Both the position numbers and the translations under genes were made by a program. DNA of 64,000 nt, taken from contig CAVSGI010000017.1 of assembly GCA_963727445.1 (NCBI GenBank), positions 32,001 through 96,000 on the forward strand. Direction: 5' to 3'. Origin of the DNA: an uncultured delta proteobacterium. GTDB lineage: Bacteria; Myxococcota_A; Polyangia; Polyangiales; B10-G4. Positions 9,829 through 21,504 of the stretch are shown here, piece after piece (position 1 is the first letter of the stretch; the number at the start of each line of letters is the position of its first letter). The notes under the pieces are model-generated. The model made no database searches. It was not told the origin of the DNA and was given only the letters and a program-made list of their open reading frames with translations.

Positions 9829-10944
9829 ATGCCCCAAACACGCGCCCTCGCCTTCGCATTCGCGGCACTCTGCTCGCTGGCTCCCGGCCTCGCCCGAGCA
9901 GAGCCGATGCTCACCTCCTTCGACGAGGTCATCGCCTCCTCCACCGACGTGGTGATCGCCACCTTCCTGGGCCCCACCGACGGCGCCCCACCCTTCGAGG
10001 CGAGCGAGTACGAGCTCCGCGTCGAGCGTGCGCTCCGGGGGAGCCTGAGGGGCACGATTCGCGTGACGCCGGGCGACGGACACGCGAGCTTTGCGCGCGG
10101 CACGCGCCTCGTCGCCTTCCTCGACCATGGCCGCTTCCGCTTCGTGGGCACCGCGACCGAAGGGCACAGCCTCGAGGACGGCGCCGTGCATCTCGCGGGC
10201 TTCTACGACTTCAACGCCCACCTCGTCACGCCGGGGATGACCACCCTCGACGCGCTCGCCGAACGCCTCGCCGGGCGGGCTGCGACCCTGCGCTACGTGG
10301 GGCCCCTCCTCGCGCTCTCCGATGACGGACAGCGGCGCATCCAAACGCCGTGGACCGTGGAGGTGACCCTCAGGGACGGCCGCCCGCCGGTGGTGCGCGG
10401 CCTACCGGTGCGTGGATTCGCGGCGCCCACCGTGGGTCAGGGCGGCCTCTTCGGAGAGCTCTCCATCACCTACCGCGACCATTGGCCGCGGCCGCTTCGG
10501 GTCGAAGGTCGCGCCACCGGGCGACAGAACGGCGCGGTGCGCATGGAGTTCTGGGTGGTGGAGCCCGACCTCTTTCGCGTCGCCGATCTCCGGCGCTACA
10601 TGAGCGACCCGGACGTGGACTGGGTGCACTACGAGCTGCGCGCCGTGATGGACGACGGCGCGGTGTGGGCGGATGGGCCCGACGACTTCGACTACTCGGC
10701 CATCACATTCTTCGGCCACATCGGCTACCGGAGCCTCTCGAAGGACGTCTGGGAAAATCCGCACTTCACCGCGACCTTCGCGCCGCCGAGCCCCGGCGCC
10801 ACCCTCGACTCGCAGGGGACCGATCGGGTGTCGATCCAGGAGCTCCTGCGCGGCCCCGTCCGCTTCACCATCACCGCCGGACGAGGCCGCGGGCAGCGCG
10901 GCCGGATCGAGCTCGTCGACACCCACTTCCGCCACAACCCCTGA
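9829..10944 (+). CDS. Secreted hypothetical protein
   Basis: Signal peptide MPQTRALAFAFAALCSLAPGLARA; GC-rich third positions. Confidence 0.7.
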   Translation: MPQTRALAFAFAALCSLAPGLARAEPMLTSFDEVIASSTDVVIATFLGPTDGAPPFEASEYELRVERALRGSLRGTIRVTPGDGHASFARGTRLVAFLDHGRFRFVGTATEGHSLEDGAVHLAGFYDFNAHLVTPGMTTLDALAERLAGRAATLRYVGPLLALSDDGQRRIQTPWTVEVTLRDGRPPVVRGLPVRGFAAPTVGQGGLFGELSITYRDHWPRPLRVEGRATGRQNGAVRMEFWVVEPDLFRVADLRRYMSDPDVDWVHYELRAVMDDGAVWADGPDDFDYSAITFFGHIGYRSLSKDVWENPHFTATFAPPSPGATLDSQGTDRVSIQELLRGPVRFTITAGRGRGQRGRIELVDTHFRHNP

Positions 10945-10955
10945 AGTCGGCGCGG

Positions 10956-11450
10956 CTAGGCTCTCGCCGTCTGGCCTCGCCGTGAGGACCGCTTCTTCTC
11001 CGGGGCCTCCCGGTGCGGCTGGCCGATGGCCGCGAGGGTCTGGATGAGCTCGCGATCGATGCCGTTCTTCTTCGAGCCCGCGGTGTGACGCGCGATGTCG
11101 TTGAGAGAGACGAGCCCGACGGGGCGCCGTTCCTCGTCGAGGACCGGCACGCGACGCACCTGCTCGTTGCTCATCAGGCGCTCGACCGCGTCGATGGTGT
11201 CCTCGGGGCTGCAGGCGTGGACGTCGGTGGCCATCGCGCTGTCGACCGAGATGTGACCGAGGGGAGCCCCCTGGGTGTAGGCCGCCATGCAGATATCCCG
11301 GTCGGTGACGATACCGGCGAGGCTGCCGTCTTCGCCCAACACGGGAATGGCGCCGCAGTCGTGCTCCCACATGAGCTGAGCCGCTGTGTTGAGGGTGTCG
11401 CCGACCCGGCACGTCACGGGGGGTGCGCTCATGATCTTCTGAATGTTCAT
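10956..11450 (-). CDS. CBS domain protein
   Basis: LMWEHDCGAIPV, GIVTDRDI, VRRVPV, VGLVSLNDIAR; RBS GAGGAAGAGG. Confidence 0.9.
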   Translation of the reverse strand: MNIQKIMSAPPVTCRVGDTLNTAAQLMWEHDCGAIPVLGEDGSLAGIVTDRDICMAAYTQGAPLGHISVDSAMATDVHACSPEDTIDAVERLMSNEQVRRVPVLDEERRPVGLVSLNDIARHTAGSKKNGIDRELIQTLAAIGQPHREAPEKKRSSRRGQTARA

Positions 11451-11603
11451 GCCTCTTCCTCTCGCTTTCGCTGGCTTTGGGGCTCGGCGGCGCCGGCCCC
11501 GAGCGCGTCGTAGATCCGGTGGTAGCCACGGTCGCCCACCTGACAACCCCGGATCGCGGACACGGCATTGCCGCCCACGAGGCGCGCGGGTATGTAACGC
11601 CCG

Positions 11604-14600
11604 GTGGGATTATTCGAGAAAGCCCGAGGCCTCATCGATGATCTCCGTCACCGGCGCAGACGCGTGTGGTCCACGGAGGTGGCTGCCCCCACGCGGACGC
11701 ACCTCGAGCTTCGCCACGTCCCCTCGCCCCTGCGGCAGCAGTACCACGCGGGCCTCGAGGACGCGGCCACGGCGATGGTCGGAGTTCATTGGGCGCGGGT
11801 GAACACCCTGCTCGGCCGGTGGGTGGTCGCGCACGACGCCGAGGTGACGGCGGAGGACCTCGAAGGCGTGATGGACGCGGTCGAAGACCTCCTCGGCCTC
11901 GGCCACGAGCCCTTCGACGAGGTGGAGCATCCGGCCGACGAGGAGCCCATCCGCCGCACGCGTTTCGAGCGCCGCGTGGATGCGGCCGCGATGGCGGGCG
12001 GCGTCGGCTTGCGCTTTTCGCGACTGAAACGCCTGCCCCTCGAGGTGGACATTGCCGCAGCGCTCACGGCGCTCGAGGGCGTGCCGCAGGCGCGCAAATG
12101 GGTCGTCGAGATCGTGGGCGAACCGATCGCGGATCTCGGCATGTCGGTCGGAGCGGCGGCGGCGAACACGCTCCTCAAGGGCCCGGCGGGGCCCCTGGTG
12201 GACGGGCTCCGGCGGAGCCTGCGACTTCGGGAGCTCACCGAGCGACGGGCGCTCTTCGCGGCGCTCGAGCCCGAGCTCTGCGCCCACCCCTCGCAACACG
12301 AGCCGCGCATCGAGGACCCCGGCGCGCGACCGGCGGAGATGCCGCTCGGACCCATCGAACGCTACGTCGACAAGGCCATCTTCGCCGCCGCCGGTGGCTT
12401 CGGGCTCGGCCTGGCGTCGACGGGGAGCGTCTCCAGCGCGACGGCCTCGCTCTTCGGCGGCATCCCGCGTCCCGCGCAGCTGGGGCGCGAGGCCTTCGCG
12501 GCGCAGCTCGGCCGCGAGCTGACGGCGCGTGGGCTGTTGGTGATGCGAACCGACGCGCTGCGCCGAGTGGACCGCATCGATGCGCTGGTGGTCACCGATG
12601 ATCTCGTCGTACGCGAAGAGGGGACGGGGCGACTGTCGGAGGAGCTCCTCTCCCTGCTCGGCACCGCGCGACGCGAAGGGCTGCGCACCGTCATCAGCAC
12701 CGACGACGATCGCGCGTCTGCGCGTCTCGGTACGGTGGAGGTCGAGCCGGGGGGACACGGGGCGCTCCTGGCGGTGAGGCGCCTTCAGCGCGAGGGGCAT
12801 GCGGTGCTCGTGGTGAGCGGAAGGTCGTGTCCGGCGCTCGCCGCGGCGGACGTGGGGGTGGGCCTGTCGTCGGGCGAAGGGCCCCCGGCGTGGGGAGCGG
12901 ACATCCTCGCGCGCGCCGGCTTCGGCGATGCGATGCTCCTGGTCCGCGCGGTGGCGATGGCGCGCGCCGCCTCCGAGCACAGCGTCCGCATCGCGGTCGC
13001 AGACGCCGCCATGTCTCTGGTGCTCAGCCTCACGGGGCTGGGACAGAAGAACGTCGCCAAGGTGATGACGGCGGCGCAGGCGGCTTCGCTGATGGCGATG
13101 GCCAACGCCGTTCGACTCGCGCGCGCCGCGGGCCGGGTGCCGGTGCCCCCGCCGCGCGACCGGACGCCGTGGCACGCCCTGCCGAGCGCGGAGGTGCTCG
13201 ACCTACTCGGATCGACGAAGGAAGGCCTGAGCACGACCGCGGTCGCGACGCGGACGCCCGTACGTGCTGCGAGTCGCGGGCAGAACGCGGCGACCTTCGG
13301 GCGGCTGCTGATCGACGAGATCGCCAATCCGCTGACGCCGATCCTGGCGGGGGGGCGGGGCTGTCGGCGCTGACGGGCGCGGTGGTGGACGCGTCTCTGA
13401 TCACCGGCGTGCTCGGCTTCAACGTGCTGATCGGTGCGTCTCAGCGGATGGCGACCGAGCGATCGCTGACGGCGCTGGACCGCGAGGAGCAGCGCGACGC
13501 GCGGGTGATGCGGGACGGCCAGCTGGCGGAGGTGGACTACGACGAGCTGGTGGTGGGCGACGTCTTGCGCCTTCACGCGGGCGAGGTGGTGCCCGCCGAC
13601 TGCCGGCTGCTGTCGGCGACGGGGCTCGAGGTCGACGAGTCGAGCCTGACGGGTGAATCGCAAGCCGTCGTGAAGTCGGCGGCGCGCTGCGAGGCGCGCG
13701 CGGTCGCCGAGCGCACCTCGATGATCTGGGCGGGCACCACCATCGCGGCCGGCACCGCGGTCGCGGTGGTGACGGCGATCGGCGCGGCGACCGAGAGCGA
13801 GCGCGCGGCGGCCACGGCGGGGGAGCCGCCTCCGAGCGGCGTGGAGCAGCGACTCGAGGCGCTGACCCAGCTCACGGCGCCCATCGCGGCGATGAGCGGG
13901 GTCGCGATCATGGGGGCCGGGCTCGCGCGCAAGCGGCCTGCGACGGATGTGATCGCGTCCGGGGTGAGCCTCGCGGTCGCGGCGGTTCCGGAGGGCCTTC
14001 CTCTGCTCGCGTCTCTCTCTCAGCTCGAAGCGGCCCGCCGCCTCGCGGATCTGGGTGCGATCGTGCGCAACCCACGGGCGATCGAAGCGCTGGGCCGGGT
14101 GAACGTCGTCTGCGCCGACAAGACCGGCACCCTGACCGAGGGGCGTATCGCGCTGGTGCGCGTGACGGACGGTGAGTCGGAGGGCGACGCCGGCGCTCCG
14201 TCGGAGTCGGAGCGGGCGATCCTCGCCGTGGCGCTTCGCGCGGGGCCCGAGATCCGCGCGGACAAGCCGCCGCCCCACGCCACGGACCGTGCGCTCGTGA
14301 GCGGCGCCCACGCGGCTGGCGTCGACGTCGCGCTCGGCGCGCCTGGATGGACGCGAAGCGCGGAGCTCCCCTTCGAGCCGGCGCGGGGGTTTCACGCGGT
14401 GGTGGGCCAAAGCGATGACGGCCGGCGACTCTGCGTCAAAGGCGCACCGGAGACCGTGCTCGATCGCTGCGTGTTCGTCCGCGGCGCCAAGCGCGACAAG
14501 AAGATGAAGCGCCGCGAGCGCGAGCGCCTGGGCGCGCACGCCCGCGGCCTCGGCGAGCGGGGCCTGAGGGTGCTCGCCGTCGCGGAGCGGACCGTGGACG

Positions 14601-15729
14601 ACGCCACGAATGGGAAGCTGGCCGATGGCGACGTCGATGCGCTCACCTTCGTCGGCTTCGTGGGCTTCGCCGATCCGGTCCGCTCCACGGCGCGGGACTG
14701 CGTGGAGCGCCTCCACGAGGCGGGCGTCCGCGTCGTCATGCTGACCGGCGACCATCCGTCCACCGCCCGCGCCATCGCCGAGCAGCTCGACGTGGGTCGC
14801 ACCCGCGGCGTTCTCACCGGCACCCAGCTCGAGGATTCTGAACGACGAAGAGCTCGCGGCCCGCCTCGACGACGTCTCGGTCTTCGCGCGGGTCACGCCG
14901 GTGCAGAAGGTGCGGATCGTGCGCGCGTTCCAGGCGCGGGGAGACGCGGTGGCGATGACGGGCGACGGGGCCAACGACGCGCCCGCGATCCGGCTGGCGG
15001 ACGTGGGGATCGCCTTCGGCGACCGTTCCACCGCAGCGGCCCGCCACGCTGCAGACATGGTGGTGGCCGACGAAGGGATCGAGATCATCGTGACGGCGCT
15101 CCTCGAGGGCCGCGCGCTGTGGAAGTCCGTTCGCGACGCGGTCGGGCTTCTGGTCGGCGGCAACCTCGGCGAGATCGGCTTCACGCTCATCGGCGGCCTC
15201 TTGTCGGGCAAGTCGCCGCTCAACGCGCGTCAGCTCCTCCTCGTCAACATCCTCACCGACACGGCGCCTGCCCTCGCGGTCGCCGCGCGCCCGTCGTCCA
15301 TTCACGATCCCCGCGCGCTGCTCTTGGAGGGCCCCGAGAGCTCACTCGGCGAACAGCTCGAGCGCGACATCGCCGTGCGCGCCGCCATCACCACGCTCTG
15401 CACCAGCGCGGCGTGGGGCGTCGGCCGCCTCACCGGTACCGAGTCGCGCGCGAACACCGTCGCTCTGCTCACCCTCATCGGGAGCCAGATGGCGCAGACC
15501 CTGGTGGTCGGCGGCCGCAGCAAGCCGGTCCTCGTCGCCAGCCTCGGATCGACCGCCGCGCTCGTGGCCATCGTCCAAACGCCGCTCTCTGAGCCACTTC
15601 TTCGGCTGCCGTCCTCTCGGCCCGCTGGGCCTGTTGGTCTCGGCGACCGGCGCCGCCGCCGCCGCCGGCGCGACTCTGGGCGTCGAGCGATTCCTGCGGC
15701 GGCCGCCGAAAGAGGAGGAGGTTCGATGA
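11604..15729 (+). CDS. Large P-type ATPase, CtpH/CtpI-like (frameshifts near 13350, 14836 and 15590)
   Basis: LTGES, VPEGLP, DKTGTLT, KGAPE, MLTGD, GDGANDAPA; C-terminal QTP..SHFFGCRPLGP; stop overlaps next ATG (ATGA). Confidence 0.9.
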
Positions 15730-16751
15730 GGCGGGCGGAAGGCGCGCTTTTCGTCTCGATCCTCGTATGCGCGTGCGGCAGCCGCACGGGCGTGCTGAGC
15801 ACCGACGACGCGCCCGCGGACGCGCGGGTGCGCGACGCGCGGATCGTCGACGCGGCCCCGACCGATGCCCGCGAGCCGCGCTGCGTGTGCGCCGGCGCGA
15901 TGCTCCTCGCCAGCTCGCCGACGCCCACCGCCATCGCTCTCGACGACGGTTACGTCTATTGGGCGAGCGCGCCCGGCGGCTGCGCCGAGGGCACGATCAA
16001 CCGCGTCCCGAAGTGCGGCGGACCGGTCGAAGAGATCGCAGCCCACGAGCCCAACCCGCGCGCCCTCGCCCTCGACGACGAGCGGGTCTACTTCTACGAC
16101 GCCTGCGGCAGCGGACGGCTGGCGAGCGCGCCCAAGGACGGGAGCATGACCACGATCTACCCGATCGGCGTGGAGGATTCGGGGCGGGCGATGGCCGTGG
16201 GGCCCGACCAGATCTACTTTTCGGACTACGGGCTGCTCGAAATCCCGAAGTCGGGCGGCATGCAGAGCACCATCGACGCAGCCGACTTCGTCTACGACAT
16301 CGAGACCGACGCGCGCGCGGTCTATTGGATTGGGCCCATCGGGGGCGGACCCCGCTTCGGCGTGTTCACGCACCTTCATGGCGCCGCCGATTTTTCGATG
16401 CTCGCCATGCCCGACGACGTCAGCAACGACCTCGCGCTCGACGACGACACGCTCTACTTCTTCGGCCGCGGCACCATCCAGCGCATGCCGAAGGCCGGAG
16501 GCCCGGTGGAGGCGGTGGCGGGCTCGAACCACGGCTGGAAGATGGCGACCGACGAGCGCTTCCTCTATTGGACGGTGGGCTTCTCCGGCGGAGGGGGCTA
16601 CACCGTCAACCGGATCGACAAGACGGGCGGCGAGGTCGTGGAGCTGGGCTCCGGTGAGGGGGCCTACGTCGACATCGCGGTGGACGATCGCTGCGTCTAC
16701 GTCGCGAATCTCTACGGCGACGAGATACGCAGCTTCCCGAAGTCTTTGTAA
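15726..16751 (+). CDS. Lipoprotein with beta-propeller-like repeats
   Basis: ILVCAC lipobox; repeats IALDDGYVYW / LALDDERVYF / IAVDDRCVYV with PKxGG. Confidence 0.75.
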   Translation: MRRAEGALFVSILVCACGSRTGVLSTDDAPADARVRDARIVDAAPTDAREPRCVCAGAMLLASSPTPTAIALDDGYVYWASAPGGCAEGTINRVPKCGGPVEEIAAHEPNPRALALDDERVYFYDACGSGRLASAPKDGSMTTIYPIGVEDSGRAMAVGPDQIYFSDYGLLEIPKSGGMQSTIDAADFVYDIETDARAVYWIGPIGGGPRFGVFTHLHGAADFSMLAMPDDVSNDLALDDDTLYFFGRGTIQRMPKAGGPVEAVAGSNHGWKMATDERFLYWTVGFSGGGGYTVNRIDKTGGEVVELGSGEGAYVDIAVDDRCVYVANLYGDEIRSFPKSL

Positions 16752-16799
16752 ACGATGCGTTGGGCCGGAACCCGCAGCCGCTGGCGGTGTCCTTCTGGC

Positions 16800-17924
16800 G
16801 TGAAGGCCGCCTTGTCGCGCCTGTGGCTGCTCTCTGTCCTCGCGGCGTGCGCCGACGAGCCCGTGCCCCCGCCCGCGCCCCCCGCGGCTCCAGCCTCGAC
16901 GCCAGAGGCGCCGGAAGCGAGCGCGCTTGCGGAGCCGGAGCTCGACTATCGCACGGTGGTGATAGACGACGTCGGCAGCGACAGCGTCCCGCCCCGTCCG
17001 GTCGAGCTCTTCATCCCGATCGCACCCGCACCTCCGCGCGGCTTTCCCTTCGTGGTGGTCACCGACGGCGATCTGGCGGCGACCGACTTTCGGACGCACG
17101 AGGTGACGCGCAGGCTCTCGCGCGCCGGCGTCATCGATCCCATGGTGGTGATCGCGGTCCCTTCGCGGCAGGACCGCAACCGGGAGCTTTCGGTGCGGGC
17201 GGGCCTCTTCGTGGACTACCTCGCGGATGCGGTGGTGCCGCGCGCGGGCGCGGTTGTGGCCCTGGCCGACAGTGGAGCCATCCTGGGGTACAGCTTCGGC
17301 GGGCTCACCGCGGTTCGCGCCGGGCTCACGCGGCCCGATCGCTTCGACCGCGTCATCGCGATGTCACCCAGCCTGTGGTTCCGCCGGCGCGCCGCTCTCC
17401 GCCGTGCCCACGACGCGCCCGCCATCGCCGATCGCTTCTGGATCGACGTCGGGACGCGCGAGGGCAACCCGCGCGAGGTGGTCCCCTACATGGTCGCCGA
17501 CGCGCGACAGCTGCGCGACGACTTGATGCGGCGCGGCTTGTCGCTCGGCCGCGACCTCGGCTACTACGAAGCGCCCGGGCGCATGCACGCGATGGCGGAG
17601 GCGGGCGCGCGGATGGAGATGGCGCTTCGCTTCACCTTCGGGCCTCCGTGCGAGCCCACGAGCCTCGCCCTCATCCCCTTCGACGAAGCGCTCCCCGTCG
17701 GTCGCTCCGCCTCCGTCGCGGTCACGGCCCGCTGCGCGGACGGGCGCCCGACGACGGTGCCCAACGGCGAGGTCCGCTTCGCAGTCGAGGGCGGGGCCGC
17801 GACCATCGCCCACGACGGCGTCTGGCGGGCGCGGCGGCCGGGTCGCGCGCGTCTCGAGGCGCGTTACGAAGGCCTCACCGCCGACGTTGGGCTCCAGGTT
17901 CGACGCGCCCACGCGTCGCTGTGA
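16800..17924 (+). CDS. Esterase-family alpha/beta hydrolase lipoprotein with C-terminal Ig-like domain
   Basis: VLAAC lipobox; GYSFGG nucleophile elbow; MSPSLW, IDVGTRE. Confidence 0.8.
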   Translation: MKAALSRLWLLSVLAACADEPVPPPAPPAAPASTPEAPEASALAEPELDYRTVVIDDVGSDSVPPRPVELFIPIAPAPPRGFPFVVVTDGDLAATDFRTHEVTRRLSRAGVIDPMVVIAVPSRQDRNRELSVRAGLFVDYLADAVVPRAGAVVALADSGAILGYSFGGLTAVRAGLTRPDRFDRVIAMSPSLWFRRRAALRRAHDAPAIADRFWIDVGTREGNPREVVPYMVADARQLRDDLMRRGLSLGRDLGYYEAPGRMHAMAEAGARMEMALRFTFGPPCEPTSLALIPFDEALPVGRSASVAVTARCADGRPTTVPNGEVRFAVEGGAATIAHDGVWRARRPGRARLEARYEGLTADVGLQVRRAHASL

Positions 17925-17932
17925 ACACGGGC

Positions 17933-18970
17933 TCAGGGCGTCGTCGCCACGACCTCGAGGGTGTAGGTGCCGCTCTCGTAATTGGTGGCCGACGCATGGA
18001 CGAAGGCGTCGACGCCGATCACGTAGCGGCCGGCGGGGAGGGCCGCGGCGGTCGAGGACTCGGTGTAGCCGGGTGGGCCGTTGTCGTAGCAGAGGAGCGC
18101 GTCGGGCGCGCCGCAGTCGGGCAGGATGTAGAAGGCCGGGTCGTAGTCCATGTCGGGCGCCACCGTGACCGTGACGTCGCGCGTGTCTTCGATGGTGAAG
18201 GCGTAGAAACGGTCGGGCAGATCGTAGGTCGAGGGGACGCCGGCGCAGCCGTCGTCGTTGCCCGAGCCCTCGGTGTCGCCCATCGCGGTGGCGATGAGCG
18301 TGTCGCCCTCCCCCGAAAAGACGAGGTCGGTGGCGTCGGCGCAGAGGTCGGCGCCCGGGCCGGAGGGAGTGGGCACGGGGACGAAGTCGAAGCCGACCTC
18401 CACCGCGCCGACGTCGACGTCGGAGAAGCCGTCCACCACGATGAAGAGCGGCACCGCCTCCTCGAGCTCGAGCGTGAGGCGAGAGGGGCCGCTCGACCCC
18501 CCGGCGTCGTCGTTGCACGCGAGCTCTTCGCCGTCGCCGGCGCAGCCGCTCCGCACGTAGACGATGGTGTCCATGAAGGGATTGGTCCCCGGCAGATCGG
18601 TGCGGACCGTGAACACCCCGGGCCCCGGCGGCGTGTAGGTGAAGACGAAGTCCGGCGTGACGGATGCGCTCGAGACGGCGCACGCGGTCGACGGGCGCGC
18701 GTGATCGACGAGCGTCGAGCGGGTGTCGAGGAGCTCGGTGGCGGGGACCGCCTCCAGTGTCTGGACCTCGCCCGCGCCGTTGCAGTAGCCATTTCGTGGG
18801 GGAAGCTCGCCCTCGTAGGTGCTCGTCACCGGACCCATCACGAAGGCCGAGTCCATCGCGCCGCCGTCGGGGGACGCGTCCGGGAGCGGCATGCCGACGT
18901 CGTCCGAGCAGGCGGCGAGAGCGAGCGCCGCGAGGACCGGCGCGACGGCGCGTGCTGGCGCCCCCCTCAC
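17933..18970 (-). CDS. Lipoprotein with two PPC-like beta-sandwich domains
   Basis: LALAAC lipobox; DTIVYVRSGC..ELACNDD, FIVVDGF, GRYVIGVD. Confidence 0.7.
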   Translation of the reverse strand: MRGAPARAVAPVLAALALAACSDDVGMPLPDASPDGGAMDSAFVMGPVTSTYEGELPPRNGYCNGAGEVQTLEAVPATELLDTRSTLVDHARPSTACAVSSASVTPDFVFTYTPPGPGVFTVRTDLPGTNPFMDTIVYVRSGCAGDGEELACNDDAGGSSGPSRLTLELEEAVPLFIVVDGFSDVDVGAVEVGFDFVPVPTPSGPGADLCADATDLVFSGEGDTLIATAMGDTEGSGNDDGCAGVPSTYDLPDRFYAFTIEDTRDVTVTVAPDMDYDPAFYILPDCGAPDALLCYDNGPPGYTESSTAAALPAGRYVIGVDAFVHASATNYESGTYTLEVVATTP

Positions 18971-21444
18971 GGCATCTCTCCGCCGGTCGAGTCGAGGATG
19001 GCGCCGCGCGAGGGCACGGGGAGCGAAGACGAGTCGAGGTTGGTGCCGTTGTCCTCGTAGCGAACGCCGTCGCTCAGCCGGTCGAAGTCGTAACCGTCGA
19101 CGTCCACGCTCGCGCCGATCGGAGAGCCCCGAACGATTCCTTCGCTGAGATCGAGCGAGCCGTCGTTCGCGACCTGGACTCCCGCCAGGACGTTGTCTTC
19201 GATCAAGAAGCGACGCACCGAGACGGCGGCGAGCTCGTAAGCGCCGAGGCCGATGCCCGCCGGGTTACAGCCATCCGGAGCGCAGGCCGTTTCGATCGTC
19301 GTCCGGATCACCACGTCCTCGAGGTCGAGGACGGTTCCCATGTCGAAGGCGACCACCCCCGTCTCACGATTGTTCTCGAAGAGCAGACGCTCCCCTCGGA
19401 CGGTGGCCGTGCCGTAGATCGCGAGCCCGCGGCCACCCAGCCGTGAGCTGCCGTCGTCCTGGGTGTCCCGGATCTCGATGTCGCTCAAGGTGAAGATCCG
19501 TGCCGGGGCTCACGACGATGGCCGCGTCGCGGTTGTCGACGAGGCGCGCGCGCTCGAGCACCAGGGTCGCCCCGGGCTCGAGGTCGATGCCGCGACCCGC
19601 CTTCGTCTCGTCGAGAGGACCGCGAATCCAGGACTGTGTGCTCTCGACCAACAAATCCCGAAAACGGGCGAGCGTGCCCTCGTCGAGGAGCGCCATTCCG
19701 AGGCCTTGGCTCTCATGCACCTCACAGCGGGTGAGGTCGACGAAGGCGCCCGCCTGGGCGTGAACACCGATGCCCATCCCCAGGAGCGCACCGGCCTCGG
19801 CCGCCTGGATCCGCTCCAGCACCACGTCCGATCCCACGACGGACGCGCGGCGCGAAGCGACGAAGATGCCATCCGCCACGACGTCCGAGACGTGCACGCG
19901 GCGGAGCATGAGCTTGGCGCCCGACTGAACGGCGAGACCGCGACCAAACGCTCCGAGCGCCGTGGTGACGTTCGCGACGCGCACGTCCTCGAGGCGCAGC
20001 TGCCCCTGAGGATCGGTCGTCATGAAGCCCACGAGGTGCACGTCCCTCACCAGCGCGCGCTTGACGGCGACGTGGGAGCTGCCCGCAATCATCCCCAGGC
20101 CGTCGCTGGCGTTGATGTTCTCGACGCCGAGGATGCGGAGGTCTTCGATGTAGCCCGAGCTCTGGAAGACGGTGACGCCGGAGCTCTGCGCCCCCTCGAT
20201 CGCGAGGCCGAGGGCTTCGACGTGGGCGTCGAAGGCGATGAGCATCGCGCCGACCGAATTCGCCATCGCCTCCACACCGGCGTCGATGATCGCCACGTCG
20301 CGGAGCGCGAGCTCGCTCCCGTAGTCGACGACGCCGTGACCGCCCGCGCCCACCACCGCCAGGCGCTCCGCGTGAAGCGTCGCGCCTTCGTCGGCGTAGA
20401 TCCCCGCGGCGAGCGGATCGCCGCTCCGAACACCGTCCACCAGCAGGTCGCTGAGCTCGACGCTGCTGGCTTCTCCGACCACCGAGACCCCTCGCAGCGT
20501 GGCGCCAGCGATCAAGGACTCGGTGACGGTCGCCGAGCCGGCCGTGACCGACAACGCGGTCTCGCCGCCGATGAGCGCGCTGCGATCGAGGGTCGCGCTG
20601 CCGCCGCCGGCGACGCTGAGCTCGACCCCCGCGCCGTGCACCTCGGACGCCATCAGCGTGCCTGTCACGCGCGCGCCGCCATCTCGAAGCCCGACGCGTT
20701 CGAGGGTCAGCGCACCTTCGACCGTGAGATCCCCCGCACCTCGGAGGTGCGCATCGTGAGAGAACCGGCGGCCCCGACCGCGAGGCTCGTGGCGCCTCCC
20801 TCAATCGACACGCTCTGAACGCTGGCGCCGGTGCCATCGACGTTCAGGGTGGCGACGTCGCTCGGCGCGGTGAGGATCGTCTGTTCGGGGCACACCCCGA
20901 CGAGCGAGACGCCAGCGGGGAGCGTGACACCGCCGGTGTGCGTCCCGACGGAGAGCGCGATCGTGGTCCCGTCGGTCGCGTCCGTCAGCGCTTCTGTGAG
21001 CGTCCCGAAGGGCGAGCCGCGCGAGCCGTCGCCGCTCGTCGCGCCAGGCCGAACGAAGAGGAGCGTGCCGCCGGCGGGGAGGTCGTCGGGGAATCCATCG
21101 CTGGTCGTGCACGACGCGAGGGGCGTGCACGCATCCTCGCCGGGCACACGCACACCGCCGGGATCGCAGGCCGCGAAGGCCGCGCCCGTCGGAACGCACC
21201 AGGTCGCGCCGCCCTCTCGCTCCGAACGCGTGGTTTCCCAGCCCATCGGGCAGGGGCCCATGTCGACCACCGCGGCGTCGGCGGGGGGTTCGGGACTCTC
21301 GACCGGCGCCGGCGGCAGCGGGGTCGAGGGGCCCCCGGGACCTGCATCGGCGTCGGGCGACGCGTCGGGCAGGACCATCGCGCCGTCGTCCCCGCACCCC
21401 GTCGCCACGGCGAAGAGAAGAACGACGAGGTGAGACCGGCCCAT
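18967..21444 (-). CDS. Lipoprotein with right-handed parallel beta-helix repeats (frameshifts near 20730 and 19492)
   Basis: VATGC lipobox; FVRPGATSGDGSRGSPFGTL (DUF1565-like); three ORFs join into one repeat protein. Confidence 0.8.
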
Positions 21445-21504
21445 CGACCGGATGATACCGGTCCAGATGCGTGATGCGCAGCCCCCGATGCGAGCGTCGT
21501 GATG

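Noticed and set aside
14901..16751. Apparent ATPase-propeller fusion
   Set aside because: Produced by the shift near 15590; the ATPase C-terminus ends at 15729 overlapping a separate ATG
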